Both the position numbers and the translations under genes were made by a program. Shown here piece by piece: positions 1-13,433 of a stretch of DNA of 64,000 nt. The stretch spans positions 11,310,850 through 11,374,849 of the forward strand of contig NC_134029.1 in the NCBI RefSeq assembly GCF_964204645.1, written 5' to 3'. Source of the stretch: Tubulanus polymorphus (lineage: Eukaryota; Animalia; Nemertea). The notes under the pieces were generated by a model. That model was not told the origin of the DNA. It ran no database searches and saw nothing but the letters and a program-made list of their open reading frames with translations. Positions within the stretch are counted from its first letter, which is position 1. The number at the start of each line of letters is the position of its first letter.

Positions 1-13
1 TAAAATTAAAATT

Positions 14-1269
14 CTAATACATAACACTATTTAATTGAGAATTTACAATATTTAATTGTGCGTCAGATATAATATAAATTTGCATTTTGAAATTTAAGCT
101 TCCTTTTTTCTTTGTCTTGAATAACTGTATTCCATCTTTAGTGTTCTGTAATTTTTTTCCAGAACCATGTAATAAGTTATCCTCTGTTGTTCTAAAATCT
201 AACCATAGTGCATATTTATTACCGGTATAATAATCAATTTGATTAATATTACAATTTTCAGATGATTTTACGTTTTCATTCACAAAATGTTTTCTAATTT
301 CTGGCCACTGATCTATCATTCTCATTCCTTGACAAAATATTTTATTTGCTATTCCTTCGATAGTAATTTCTACTTTTGTTATTTCAGGATTATAATACTT
401 ATCGACCTGTATTGTGCCATTAGAATATGTTGCAATTGTGAAAAATATTAATATACCTTTAATAGATCTTCTTGGGAAGTTAATATTCTCATTAATTATT
501 TCATCACGTGCATTAATAGCTACAGTTTTAAATTTATCAATTTAATCATATAATAATGAAAATCCTTGATTGTATTGAGTTTGAATTGTGTTAGCAATAT
601 TTTCATCAGTTACTGTATCATATTCTAAACATATATTCGATAATTTATAACCCATATCTTTAACAACACTAGATAATACAATTTCATTTACAGGAGCAAA
701 TGTTATTTCGAATATAACATCTTCTTGAATTGCGTATTTATATAAAGGTGCATTATTATTTATCAATTCAAACTCTAATGGAATTTGATATTTGCTTCCA
801 TAAATCTTTTTAATCAAATTATCTACGTCATTAGTTACTACTGCATTATTAGCTTCTGATCTGAAAGAGTTAATTTATTTTGATTTTCTGATTGGATGCC
901 TTGGAAAATCATATTATTTCTATTTTCTTTAGTTAACCATAAATCTTTATAATGCATAGATAAATTAAAATCATCTAATGAGAAAACTGTTTCTGGACCA
1001 ATCTTTATAGTTAATTTTTTAATCAAATATCTTCCAACGTTATCAACAACATAATTATTATTATTACCAGTTACTTTTATATCGGCTGATAAATAAATAC
1101 TATTTGGACCATAAAAAGTATTTTGTGTTAATCTGGGGATTCTAACATATAAAGTTTCATCGGGATTAATATTAGAAGGATTATGAGTAATTATATGATG
1201 TGATCTTTCTGCTTTAATAGCATTAGATATTCTATGATTCTTAGAAGGATTTATATAACTCCCACTCAT
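14..1269 (-). pseudogene. Major capsid protein (double jelly-roll), fragmented
   Basis: ORFs 838-1269, 542-817 and 14-325 are collinear pieces of the intact 415-aa ORF at 25386-26633. Confidence 0.8.
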
Positions 1270-1288
1270 TTATTTAACAAAAAATTAA

Positions 1289-2960
1289 TTATCTATTTTT
1301 TATCATATTCACTAACCCAAAAATAATAGCACTTACAACTGTAATTAAAAATAAAATAATATGTTCAGCAGCAAAGTTAAGAATATTCCCAGCAGATTTC
1401 AATATAAAACCAACAATTGATGCAATAACTCTGGGTAAAGCTGCAGCAGATGTTTTAGATAGTTCCCATAAATATTTTGCTAATTTTTTAAACCATCCTT
1501 AACTTTATCTTGTATAGAATTATTTTCATTCGGGGGTTTATCTGGTTTATTAGGATTTGGTGTAGATTTCAGTGAATTTGATATAGCTAAACCATTTGTT
1601 GTAAATACCATAGTTACAGCTGTTAGAATTGAAAGAATTGTTATACCTTCTAATTTAAATAACAATTTTATTCTATCTTTCAATGATATTTCAGAATCTG
1701 GTTTTATTATTAAATCTTTAAAAATAACTTTTAATTTTCTAATATGATTAAGATCATATGATTTTAATAATATATCTCTTTCTTTTTCCTGAAATTCTTT
1801 GTTATATTTTAAATCATCTATTTCTTTTTCTAAAGCTAACTTTCTGCTTTCATAAACAGCTTCCTCTATTACTTGAAGATCTCTATTTAATTCTAATTTT
1901 TTTAATTCTTCATTTGCATTAGTTAATTCTTTTTCTAACATGGTTATTTTAGAAAATCTCATCTTAATATTAGCAATTTCACCAGCTGATTCTTGCATAC
2001 CTTTTATTTCTCTACGTGATTGTTCAGGAAATGCTTCCAATTCATCATCAGTTAAATCAATCATTATTCCAGTTTCAGTACCGGGTGTATCTAAAACACT
2101 AATCATATCTTCTTCATTGTATCCAGTAAGTTATCTAAATGTTTTCCTAATTGTAATTGACTTGAATCATTATCGATTGGTTGAATATCTCTTCTCGATG
2201 TTTCTGGTGTTGAAGATCTTAATCTATCTAATCGATCTGCGAAATCTTCATCATTTTCTGGGTCAACAGAAGTAGGATTTGGATTTGAATTTTTAAATGG
2301 TGAATAATTGTTAATATCAATATTCGGAATTGGTTCTTCTTCATTTATTCTATCGAGTGCATTCCATATAATTCTGAGAAATTCTCTACCGCCTATTGAA
2401 CCTTCAATTGTAGATAATGCTAACATTCCAGGTTCAAACATATTTTCTTGTCCCATTTTAGATAATTGAATTGTTACAGTATTCCTATTTAATTCAAGAT
2501 TATAATACCATGAATCATTTTTAAATTCTAAATTATTCATGAAAAATGGGTCATCTTTTAAAATTTGCATTACAACATCTTCTGAATCAATTTCATATAT
2601 TACTTCTTTTGGTAATAATTCGTTAACAATTGTATCTGTTACTCTAGATTTCATTCGATATAATTCCATGGGTTTATCAGGATATTTTTCTTGTTGTTTT
2701 TCTAATAGATTCATTAATTCTTTTCTTTCTGTTATAGTTGTAATTCTACCACTTTCAGGGGCTTTTGAATATTTATTTAATTTTTCACGTACTTCGGCAT
2801 TAATTCCATCATAATCATCATCTTCACCTAAATTAGTATTATATGCTGTTTCATCATCCTTATCAATATTAGTTTCATTAAATTCAGGTTGTGGTTCATC
2901 ACTTATACCGGGGGCGTCATCAAAAGTACCCATTGGAATATCTTCTCCACCTTTTGCCAT
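1289..2960 (-). pseudogene. Coiled-coil membrane protein (homolog of 26678-28117), disrupted
   Basis: ORFs 2103-2960 and 1480-2106; C-terminal LFKLEGITILSILTAVTM segment shared with the 479-aa ORF; end coordinate approximate. Confidence 0.75.
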
Positions 2961-2976
2961 TTACATAATAAAAAAA

Positions 2977-4302
2977 TTAAAATTTAAAATATAATATTCC
3001 TCCGATTACAATTCCTATACAATTTATAGCTAATTTAGCATTTTCATGGGATTTATTATCATCATTTAGTTTAATTATTTCATGTTGAATAATATCAGTT
3101 TTAATATTTTCTGTAGTATTGTAATCTTTTATTTTAGAATCATTATTTAATTTAATATTCTTAGTTTTAGTTTCTGTTGATTGAATATGTTTTTAATTTT
3201 TTACACCTTCCATTAATTTTGGAGCAGTGATAATCTTTTTATTTATATCATTTAATCCAAATGAATTATTTATTGTTGCAGTTTTAATTAGATTATTGTA
3301 ACCAATTATATTTCCCATCTTTAATACTAAATCATTAGAAATAATTAATAGATTAGGGCCTATACAATAATTTAATCTAATATGTGATTTATCTAAATAA
3401 TTTTGGTACCTAACTATGTTTTCTGGAATCGATCTATTTTTATCATTATGAATGAAATCTTCAAATAATACTTTGAATTGTTTCTGTGTATCAAATGAAG
3501 TGTTATCATTTCCAACTATTGGTGATCTTGTTTCAACTTGCGCACCTAGAATACATCTCAAATAAGTTCTAATTGATTGATTTATTCTTTGTATTCCAGC
3601 TTTAGTAAAACCTTCACTATTTTCTAAAATCAAATTAATCCAACCATTATTATTTTGTTGTTGAATATTATTATAATATTTTGGTAATTCATTCAAATTT
3701 ACTGTTCTTATATATGTATTTGTCATTATTTTTCCAAATTCTTTAGTATATAATATTCCTAATCCACCCATTGCACCAATTTTTGATCTAAAATCATTAT
3801 TTGAATTAATATTAAATTCATTACATATTTTATAAAACTTAGAAAAATTAATATTATTATTTAGTTCATTAAAGTATTTTGAACCTGGTAAAGGACATTC
3901 TAATTCATCTAATATTAATTTTATTTGCAAATATGTATGAAATCTAAAAAGTGATAACATCAATGGTAAACTTGGTTTGTTTAAATGATCATTCCAACTT
4001 ATACTGCATCCTGTTGTTGCACAATAAACAGCAAAATTTAATTGGTTCTGCCAATACATCATATTAGATTTTAATAACCATTGTTTTGCCTCATTTAAAT
4101 TTTTAAAATTAATTACGTAAATATTGAATATATTTTCCATCTTTGCATTAAAATTATTAGTTTCAGTAACATAAATATCTAAATTAATTAATGAATTTAA
4201 AACTTCATTTCTATATGAAATATCTTTATTAAAATCTATTGCAGGAATATTATATTTGATTGATTTATTATATTGAAAAGCTTTTGGAAAACTACCTACC
4301 AT
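2977..4302 (-). pseudogene. Conserved hypothetical protein (WQNQLNFAVYCATTGC family), C-terminus cut off
   Basis: Homologous to 28134-29522; premature stop at 3193. Confidence 0.75.
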
Positions 4303-4339
4303 TTATATAATAAAACAATTAATAATTAACTAATTCTTT

Positions 4340-4753
4340 TTATAATTTATCTGGTTCTTCAACTGTTATATGACCATGTAAACTTATTATATAATCTAAT
4401 GTGTTTTTTAATCTATTACTTTCTTTTATATTAGTTTTAATTTTTTCTTTATTACTTTTTATATTTAATTTTGAACTTATACCAGTTAAAACACTTGAAC
4501 TTAATCCTAGCACGCCAATTGATATAGCTAAAGGTGTTAATGGACTGAATATTGCTAGAAATGTTATTACAGAACTAATTGTAACTGAACCACTTATAAT
4601 AAAATAATGTATAATTTTACTTTTTAAATATTTTTTCTTTTTTATCTTTAAGTCACTTTCAAATTCTAATATTTGTTTTTCTAAATATATTTTTAATTTA
4701 GTTTTATTTATATCATGAGGAATAATATCAATATTATCAACTTTATCATCCAT
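4340..4753 (-). CDS. Small coiled-coil protein with two hydrophobic helices
   Basis: Near-identical to 29540-29974, last codons lost. Confidence 0.7.
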   Translation of the reverse strand: MDDKVDNIDIIPHDINKTKLKIYLEKQILEFESDLKIKKKKYLKSKIIHYFIISGSVTISSVITFLAIFSPLTPLAISIGVLGLSSSVLTGISSKLNIKSNKEKIKTNIKESNRLKNTLDYIISLHGHITVEEPDKL

Positions 4754-4772
4754 TTATTTAGCAAAAAAATTA

Positions 4773-5195
4773 CTAATTAGTAAATTTATATGCTACAAAT
4801 ATAACAATAACTGTTCCACCTAAAATCCAAATTATTTCATATTTCTGTTGTTCTTTACTTGGGGTATAATAATCTGATAATTTAGGTTTGTATAGATGTA
4901 ATTTTTCTTTGTTGGTTACTGCGTTATATAAACTCATTGCATCATCAACTGATTGAAAATCTCTATGTGAAATCTTCTTATCATATAATTCTTTGTTAAT
5001 ATAATCCATATAGTTTTGTCTCTTTTCTCTGTATTCTTCTGAAGCTTTATTGTATTTCTCTAATGCTAAGTTATGTCTTTTTTGTTCCGATAATGATCCA
5101 TTTTTATCAATATGCTTAAATAAATAACCACCACCAGTAAATGCTAAAGCGTTAACAATTGCCGATCCTATAATATTTATGATTGCAGAAGCCAT
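4773..5195 (-). CDS. Small protein with hydrophobic N- and C-termini and an ExxRHNLALE motif
   Basis: Intact in A, B and C. Confidence 0.75.
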   Translation of the reverse strand: MASAIINIIGSAIVNALAFTGGGYLFKHIDKNGSLSEQKRHNLALEKYNKASEEYREKRQNYMDYINKELYDKKISHRDFQSVDDAMSLYNAVTNKEKLHLYKPKLSDYYTPSKEQQKYEIIWILGGTVIVIFVAYKFTN

Positions 5196-5219
5196 TTATT
5201 TAGCAAAAAAATTATGGAC

Positions 5220-5697
5220 TTATATAGGAGGAATATATTTTTGTTTTTCCAAATAATCAATAGTTAAATTAGATAAAGTAACTGCTAATGTTAATTTTAA
5301 AATATCATTTATATCAAATCTATCAACATTAACACTTCCCATTTTGAATACTTTTTTTAATACCATTACCAAAACTATCTTCAAAATATTTAGTTATTTT
5401 ATTTATGATTATTTCAACATTTATAGCATTATTAGTTTCATGATTATCATATATTTTGGATAATATGTTTTTAATATCATCAATAATTCCATCTTCATTT
5501 AATTCATAATATTCTAAAGGTGTTTTAATTAAATCAATTACTTTTTCTATATTATAATTTTCCTTATTAATCATTGATGCATTGTTAAATGATTTACTTT
5601 TTATATCAGTAATTACATCATTTAGTTTAATTCTCATTTCTTTACCATGTTTAAAATCAAACACAAAACATATACTCGGTCCAACAGTTATATTCAT
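5220..5697 (-). pseudogene. Deletion-fused remnants of the 112-aa and 73-aa genes
   Basis: Comparison with 30441-31004 shows roughly 90 bp missing near 5365. Confidence 0.65.
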
Positions 5698-5714
5698 TTA
5701 TGTAGTGAAAAAAA

Positions 5715-6493
5715 TTACTCTCTACATCTTATAACTAATTCATATATCACAGGAAAGTTATTCAAATCAATTAGATATATATTATGATTTCTCATTTCTA
5801 ATCTAAAATTATTAAATTTAGGAATGCATGGTTTGAAATCACATTATGTTAAATTATAATTCATTTGTGTTCCAAATTCTTTAACATTCTTCAATGGTAA
5901 AATACATTCTTCAATGGTAAAATGTTTAATAAACCAGAATTACAAGTTATAACTTTAGGTGCTTCGAATGTTTTTGTAAGATCTATTAAATTGCAATAAA
6001 TATAAAAGTGTGTAAAAGGCATTATATTTGGTGTAGCATCAGCATTGCGTATCCTTACATCTGGGGTTATTCCTAAAATTTTAGCTAAAGGTTTTTTAAC
6101 TAGAAATTGATGTTGATCTTCGTTACCTAATTTTATTCTTATTTTATCAGAGCTATCACTTTTAATCAGTCTTAATCCAAATCCAGCAGATGCACCAATT
6201 TTCAACCGAGCTCTTCTATTAATTTCCTGCGCTAATGTATCTAAATTATATAATCCTGGTTTAAGATAAAGATGAAACCATTTACTTTTATTTCTATCAT
6301 GAATTAAAAAGACTCTATGTTCAATAGACTTATCCGATACATTGTAAAAAGAATTACATAAACTTATATTTACTAATTTTAAATCAACACAATTCTTAAA
6401 TTCTCTATCTAATTGTACTAGTAAATTATGTGATTTATAATTAGTAAGTCTTCTTGAATCAACAAATATTCTGTATTCTTTTAATTCTACCAT
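5715..6493 (-). pseudogene. Minor capsid (penton) protein, frameshifted
   Basis: Homolog of 31021-31779; tandem duplication of CATTCTTCAATGGTAAAAT near 5885-5925 shifts the frame. Confidence 0.7.
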
Positions 6494-6507
6494 TTATTTT
6501 AAATATT

Positions 6508-6879
6508 TTATTCGAAATCTATTTCATGGTGCCCTTTTTCATTCTTACCCTTATATATGAAATAGAAATCACCAGAACATAATTCTTCTAAATCTTCACT
6601 TGATAATCTATGAAATCTATCCGGTAAATATGTTCTGAATTTATATGTATTTCCTTTTAATCCTTCATATTCTAAGTGGATAACTAATTTACTACCATAT
6701 CTATTAGTAACTGTATCAATATGTTTAATTAAATATTTCTTATGAATTGTTAATTCTGTTAACTTCTTAAATTTATAATCTACTGATTTGACATTTGAAG
6801 TATCTTTTATTCTATCTAGAAATGATTTGTTGTTCTCACTGTGTACTGTGTACTTGTTTACTCTCCATTTATAATACAT
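6508..6879 (-). CDS. Small pPolB-linked protein, putative ssDNA-binding (OB-fold-like); native start disturbed
   Basis: Homolog of 54149-54502; 7-bp GTACACA duplication just after the native ATG; SSB function is inference. Confidence 0.55.
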   Translation of the reverse strand: MYYKWRVNKYTVHSENNKSFLDRIKDTSNVKSVDYKFKKLTELTIHKKYLIKHIDTVTNRYGSKLVIHLEYEGLKGNTYKFRTYLPDRFHRLSSEDLEELCSGDFYFIYKGKNEKGHHEIDFE

Positions 6880-6994
6880 ATTTTAATTAAAATTGATTTT
6901 AGAAGTTATTAGATTAATATTTTAAGAGTAATAGGGAATTAGTTGTTCTAGATTAAAGGTTGAGAGGGATTTATAATATGAATATAATACCCCC

Positions 6995-7451
6995 TATGTC
7001 TTTATTGTCTTTAGTAGTTTTAGTACATAAAGAATAAATCTTTATATCATCAATACTTTAAAGATAAAATAGAAATACTAAACTACTAAAGACAATAAAG
7101 ACATAGATATATATATATTACTGTTTCAATAATAATATTTATTTATCCGATAGATTTTATATATTACTTTTTCAATAATAATATTTATTCATCTGATAGA
7201 TTTTATATATTACTTTTTCAATAATAATATTTTTCTTATTCCACAGATTTATTATATATATTTTATTCAGTAATATTTGTTTATCTCACAGATTTATTAT
7301 ATATTACTGTTTCAGCAATGATAAATCTATTTCTTTATTGTCTTTAGTAGTTTAGTAGTTTTAAAAATAATTTTATTCACTACTTAAAATATAAAGATTT
7401 ATTCTTTATGTACTAAAAGTACTAAAAGTACTAAAGACAATAAAGACATAG
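6995..7451. repeat. Nested inverted and tandem repeat block
   Basis: CTATGTCTTTATTGTCTTTAGTAG and its complement recur at ~6995, ~7080, ~7330 and ~7430; ~45-bp ATATTACT.TTTCAATAATAATATTT tandem units at 7115-7320. Confidence 0.75.
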
Positions 7452-7508
7452 AGTCACTGTGTGCTTGTTTACTCTCCATTTGTAATTCATATTTTTATTA
7501 AAATTTGA

Positions 7509-10500
7509 TTAACACGTTATAATCCTGTTCATTATTTCCTTCTCTTTTGTTTCTTCTCTTTTAAATCTTAAGTATTCATCTAAATTACAACCATAAGCAA
7601 CTGTGTGTATACCATCATCTAAAATATATCTTTTATCATCAAATGGGTTTAGACTTATCTTCTCTATCTCTTCAATAAACATTTCATGATCTTCAGATCT
7701 TAAACATCTCATCTTATGTTTTCTAACTTCTTCTTTGAATATACAATTGATGTAATCTTTGAAATGAATATTCTTTTCAACAACGCTTTTGGTAATTCCT
7801 TTTAACTTTTTAGATTCATGAGTTTTGGTTTTATATGAATACATTTTAGATCTAATACCAATGAATTCAATCATTTCTTCACCTCCTAATTCATCTTTGA
7901 ATTTACCAGACACCTTTTTATTATCATTGTTAAACAATTCATGATCTTTAGGATAATTACTAAAATCGAAATGATGTTTTAATGTTTTTAAATCATCTGT
8001 TATGTTATTAGTTTTTATCTTTAGTATGTAACTGTCAGTATCAAAATATAAGATTTCTATATGCTTTTCTCCAAAATGAGGTTGTAATACGTTATAATAG
8101 AATTCATACATTAATAACTTTGATGTTTCTAAAACTGATGCTCCAACATAAATTGGTTTATTAAATTTCATAGAAGTTCTCCTCATTTTAACTGCAGCTA
8201 AATTTTCATCAAATATTCTGTTCCCAATAAATTTAGGATATGTTTGTAAATGTCTAATTCTTTTACCATTACTAACTAACTCAATATCATTTCTATTTCT
8301 AATATTTTCACAAGTCTCACCATAGAATGCATTATTCATTAGTTTGAAGAAATCTTTTTCGAAATCAGTTTTAGCTTTAGTTCTCTGTTTGGTGTTAAAA
8401 TCTATATATTTTTCTAACCATTTAGATTGACTGAATGAAATATATCTATGTACTTTTTTTAGAATCATTCCTTGTTTTAGATAAAACTTCAACATTCTAT
8501 AATGTACTACGTAATTATATTTATCTTCTTGAGTTACCATTAACTTTTCTGTATGAATATGATTTTCGGGTTTAATTCTTTTTTGATAATTTGATAATTC
8601 TTCATGTGTCACAGTTTTATGTTCTGGACAGTATGCTAGATTTCTAGATTTAATTTTTTTATCTTCAGGATATTCCAAGTCTACAACAAAGGAGTAACCA
8701 GTCTCTGAATCATCTGCAATATCTAGAATTCTTTTCTTCCAATCAAATTTATCATTATTTTCATGTTGTAAAACTTCACTTATTTCAAATACTCCATAAG
8801 GTTGTGGTTCCATCATTGCCCATCCATATAGATTATTTGCATCTATATGTAATAACTTATATCCAGGATTATCATTTACATTGAAATATCTATCACCTAA
8901 TACACCTGAAACTCCTCCTCTTATAGATTTTTCAAATAATAATAATTGATCTATATTTGTTAACAAATCCATTTTTACATCTGAAAATTTTAAACCACAA
9001 TCCCAAGTTAATCCTGGTGATGAATAACAATGGCAAGGATCAATATTAAAATATTTTAGGTTTACATCTCTAAACCTTTCAAATATATCCGATAATAATA
9101 ATACATCAGATTTTAAATATAAATCTACTAATTGTCCATGATTTATTATTTCAAAATGATTCCAAATATTCAATGTTCTATTATATACTTCATCTTTAAC
9201 ATATTCATTTTTTAATTCATCATAAAATTGTTCTTTTAATAATTCAGTTAATTGAAATCATTATGCGATTTATAAAATGAATATGGAATTGCGCCTTTAT
9301 ATCTCATTAATTGAAAATCATCATTGTTTGGGTAGTGTTGCTTTAATATTCTTAATTCATCATCAACTAAGTATTTTGATAAATTATCTAATGAACTACC
9401 TAAAAATCTATATGAATCTATAAATCTTAGGCACCCAAATTGGAATGATATATAATTCTCAGATGTTTTAGCTAACATTTTAAATTTATAAGTTGGTATT
9501 TTATCTTTTGATCTATTTGAATTTAATCTTTCTATTTGATTATTGATTTCTTCTATTTTATGACATAGCTGTTTGATAAATAAATGAGCATCATACCCTG
9601 ATAAATTATGAAATATTACTGGTACAGAGTTAATTTTCTTAGCTTTTAAGTTACAATTCTCGTGCGCCGCGCCTCTAAACTTTCCATTCAAATGATCATG
9701 GTCTCTTACTTTGTTATCTTTATAATTAAATATCTTTTCACAATAATAACATTTATCTGCAAACTCAAATTCTTTTTTATCTTCTGTCGTAATTATTTCT
9801 TTATTTTCATTTAACTTTTCATAAAATTTTATTTCATACTCGATTAATAAGCCACAAAAATGATTGATAACATTTTCATTTCTGTAATTGTAATATTCAC
9901 TTTTAATTAGTTCTGGATAATCAGATTTTATATATAATCCAAAAGCTGCAGCTGATTGATGAATCTTTTTAATAATATTTGTTATTAGAGGATCTGAATA
10001 ATCATTTTCATTAGAATTTAATTTCTTTCTTTTATAATATATTTCTTTACTATCTTGGTCAGTTAGTTCTTTGTTTAATGATTCAAACTCACCATATATT
10101 ACAAATGGTACTTTATTCTTGTGATCATATTTTTTTAATTCTAATATTTTATCCTTTTCATTTGGTAAAACTATTTTACAATAATCATGATAATCACATA
10201 ATTGTATATGATTTAATAATGTACTTTCATTACTGAATCTATGTAAACATTTTCTACATAGATATATTTTATGGTGATCATTTTCTGTTCTAAAAAATAA
10301 ATCTATTTGTTTAATCCACATATAATGTTTCTCATAATATAATATATCTATAACACCATTTGAATCATAATCTTTTGATAAATACAAAGGTTCTAATGTA
10401 TAATGTTCAATTTTATCACCTTTTATATTTGGTAATTTGTTTAAATCAAATACATTTATTTTTAGATTATTATCTCTTTCTATTTTTGGAATGTTTTTAA

Positions 10501-11549
10501 TTCTAACTGGATAATTATCTATCATATAATTATTTTCAAATTGTTTATAATTTGTTAATCTAAAACTATGTGTAATATCTTCTGTTGGATGTAAGCAACT
10601 TATAATTATCCATAGAAAACATTTATCATCAAAATTTTGTACATTTATTACAGCATTAGTTTTAAATGGTAGTTTAATATAATTTGATCCATTTATATTA
10701 TCATCTTTATAATATGATATAATAATTATTTTCATCAATTGGTTTTGATTTAGTTAACTTATTATATTTTGTGTTATAAACATGTAAAGTCATAAATATT
10801 ATTTCATCAAATATTAAACCTGATCCTTCAAAATATTTCTCTTCTATTTTAGTTTTTACTTCATTATAACATTTATATAATTTATCATCTATATGTTGTT
10901 TTGAAATAATATGTTGTGAATGGGAATTTATATTATATATTGGTTTATCTTCAGATTTTATAAACTTAACTTTAGAAGATATACTAATTTTAGGGTATTC
11001 AACATCAGTAGTTATTCTTATAATATTTTTCATATTTTTTAAATGTTTTTTATTTTCTTCTAATGTTTTTCCTTTATGAAATTTAAACTCGATAGCTGCT
11101 GGACCAATATCACTTTTAAATGCTTCAGTTATCTCTATTTCTTCTTTATTATCTAATGAATTAATATAATTTCTTACATCTTCCATGTATGGTCTTTTAT
11201 TGTTTAATTTATTTCTTATTCTTTTAATTGTCTTCTGTTTCTTATTATTATCTTTATCAAAATAATCCTCACCTAAAATATCATTATTCATATTTCTAAT
11301 AATATGACTTTTAGATTTTAAATGTTCATTATAATATCTTTTATCACTGAATGATTGATTACATGTATCACATTTGTATGTTTCTTTTTCATTCTTTAAT
11401 TCATCTAATTTAGTTTCTAATATATCATCTTTATATTTTAACTTTAATTTATTTTCTAAGTGAGATTTAGTTTTATTATGTCTTGCTTTTTGAGATTTAT
11501 CTATATTGATTTTACATGTTGAACAGTAGTACTTCTTATTTGCTTCCAT
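7509..11549 (-). pseudogene. polB: Protein-primed family B DNA polymerase, intein-less, frameshifted
   Basis: Three collinear ORFs matching 54532-58569; DANNLYG, KLMNNAFYG and YFDTDS motifs. Confidence 0.9.
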
Positions 11550-11628
11550 TTTAGTATCAAATTTTTTATTAAAATTGATTTTAGAAGTTATTCATTTATA
11601 TGTTATTCATATATATGATTATTTTAAG

Positions 11629-11781
11629 AGTAATAGGGATAATGGGGGTTCATATCAAAGGTTGAAGGGGCGGGCGAGTAGAAAATGAAAAATAAATTCG
11701 AGCGTGTGAGAATTCATTTTTTCATTTTTTATGAGCTCGACCGTTCGACCTTTGGTATGAACCCCCATTATCCCTATTACT
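11629..11781. repeat. Terminal fold-back palindrome of element A
   Basis: AGTAATAGGGATAATGGGGGTTCATATCAAAGGT ... ACCTTTGGTATGAACCCCCATTATCCCTATTACT. Confidence 0.85.
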
Positions 11782-12784
11782 TTCCTTTCGTATATTGGCT
11801 ATATCGGTTGTCGTTTTCATTGTTTTATGATTTTGTTTAATCGTTTTTGTTATTTCAGCAGCGCATACAAACCTTGGTTGAGCGTGCGTGATCAGTCTTT
11901 AAATTGGTATTCGTGTGCGGCATAGTGCTGCCGACAATTCAATTCATTCTTTATTGACACAATTAAAATTTCACAATAAAAAATTTACTTTCACGTTTAT
12001 AAAAAATTCTTTTAATTTTCTTTTACTTTCATTGGGTGCTTGCGTTAGCGGCCATTTGAAAAATCCCTCTATAAACATTTATATTTTTCAGTATATCTAA
12101 AACCGCTTTTCTGTAAAATAAATTCTGAATTGAATTGAAGACTGGTTCCCTCTCTCCAAAGAGCCAGGGGGCGGTAGTCTATGGTGGCAATAAACTTTAT
12201 CAGATGATCGTGGTGGATTGTCATTTGAAGGAAATGCAACTTATTCTTGCTTAATGTCTTTATTATTTAAAAAAGAAAAATCGTGACTCCTATCTATTTT
12301 CGTGTTCGCTTCTCTTCACCTGAAGTCACTTGAGTTAGTCATGTTTTTTCTTTCAGTTGTAAATGTCTCTATGCAAAATCATTTCAACACAATCCGATAA
12401 GTAATTCACAAGTTTTGTGAATTCGGGCGTGATAGTCAAGACTTGATGGTTGAACTCGCATTCTGAACGGGAAAATGACTTAATTTTCAAATGCAAAATG
12501 TCAATATAAAAAGTATTTTCTTCAAATTTGAAAATTACACAGATCGAACGATCGCAATTTAAAATAATGGAATCTTCTTTCAATATATATTGCCATGCAT
12601 CACATTCCGATACAATTCGTTTTGAAATACGGTCCTTTCATATTTTAATAGGCACTTTTTAGTTGATCGTTGTTCATGAGCATGCGCATTGTTGTGTGAT
12701 CAACAAAGTTGGTAATCACCAAAAGTGTCAATAAATAGATTTTGAATTGATCAAGGTCGTTGAGTCGCGGGTGGCTATGCCGTT

Positions 12785-13198
12785 CGCAATTTAGGTAATG
12801 TTGAAACCATCCACAAAACGGAAGTGATATTGGAAAGATACAAAATGGCGGCTTTTTGAATAGAAGAAGGGATAGGGTTTAGGGTCCAGGGTTTAGGGTC
12901 TATAGTGTCCAGAGGGTTAGGGTTAGGGTCAAGAGGGTTCAGAGGGTTAGGGTTAGGGTTAGGTTCCGTTACATATTATAATAGGGTAGGGTTAGGATGA
13001 GGCTATAAGTAGTTAAAAAGTTACGGTGTCTGGCATCTTTTGCTATAGCGCTGAGGGGGAACGTTAGGCTAGCACTCACGTGCTTGCGTGTTCGAATCCC
13101 AATTTTCGTGGATATCTCTTAGAATTTATTAAGTCCAATGCATTCGCGCATGCGCATTGCATTGATTTGTGGATGGTTTCAACATTACACAAATTGCG
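12785..13198. mobile_element. MITE-like element carrying degenerate TTAGGG repeats
   Basis: ~33-bp inverted repeats CGCAATTT..GTAATGTTGAAACCATCCACAAA; (TTAGGG)n-like tract 12873-12996; no clear TSD. Confidence 0.65.
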
Positions 13199-13433
13199 CT
13201 ACGTTCGACTCAGAAAGAAAACAAACGACACACAAGTATCAGGTGATTACGATAACCTACTACGGAACACACAGTTGACAAACAGTGTTAGGCCTGTGCC
13301 GGTTGGTGCGTATTGGGACTAAAATATACTGGAAGGTCAGTTGGTTCGGTTGTGAAGTGTGGAAGCTAAGAAAGCCTACCGGTATTTATTTGTCTATAGG
13401 CCTATCATATAGTAGCCAATACCATTTTAAGTA

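Larger units (their letters stand above)
1..11781 (-). mobile_element. Polinton/Maverick-like element A (AT-rich family, decayed, left part outside window)
   Basis: MCP, membrane-protein cluster, penton and pPolB in the same order as element C; ends ...CCCTATTACT at 11781 (Polinton-type AG...CT terminus); many frameshifts. Confidence 0.9.

Noticed and set aside
1940-2814. Plus-strand ORFs opposite Polinton genes (also 26673-27149, 60516-61939 and similar)
   Set aside because: Antisense shadows of real minus-strand genes
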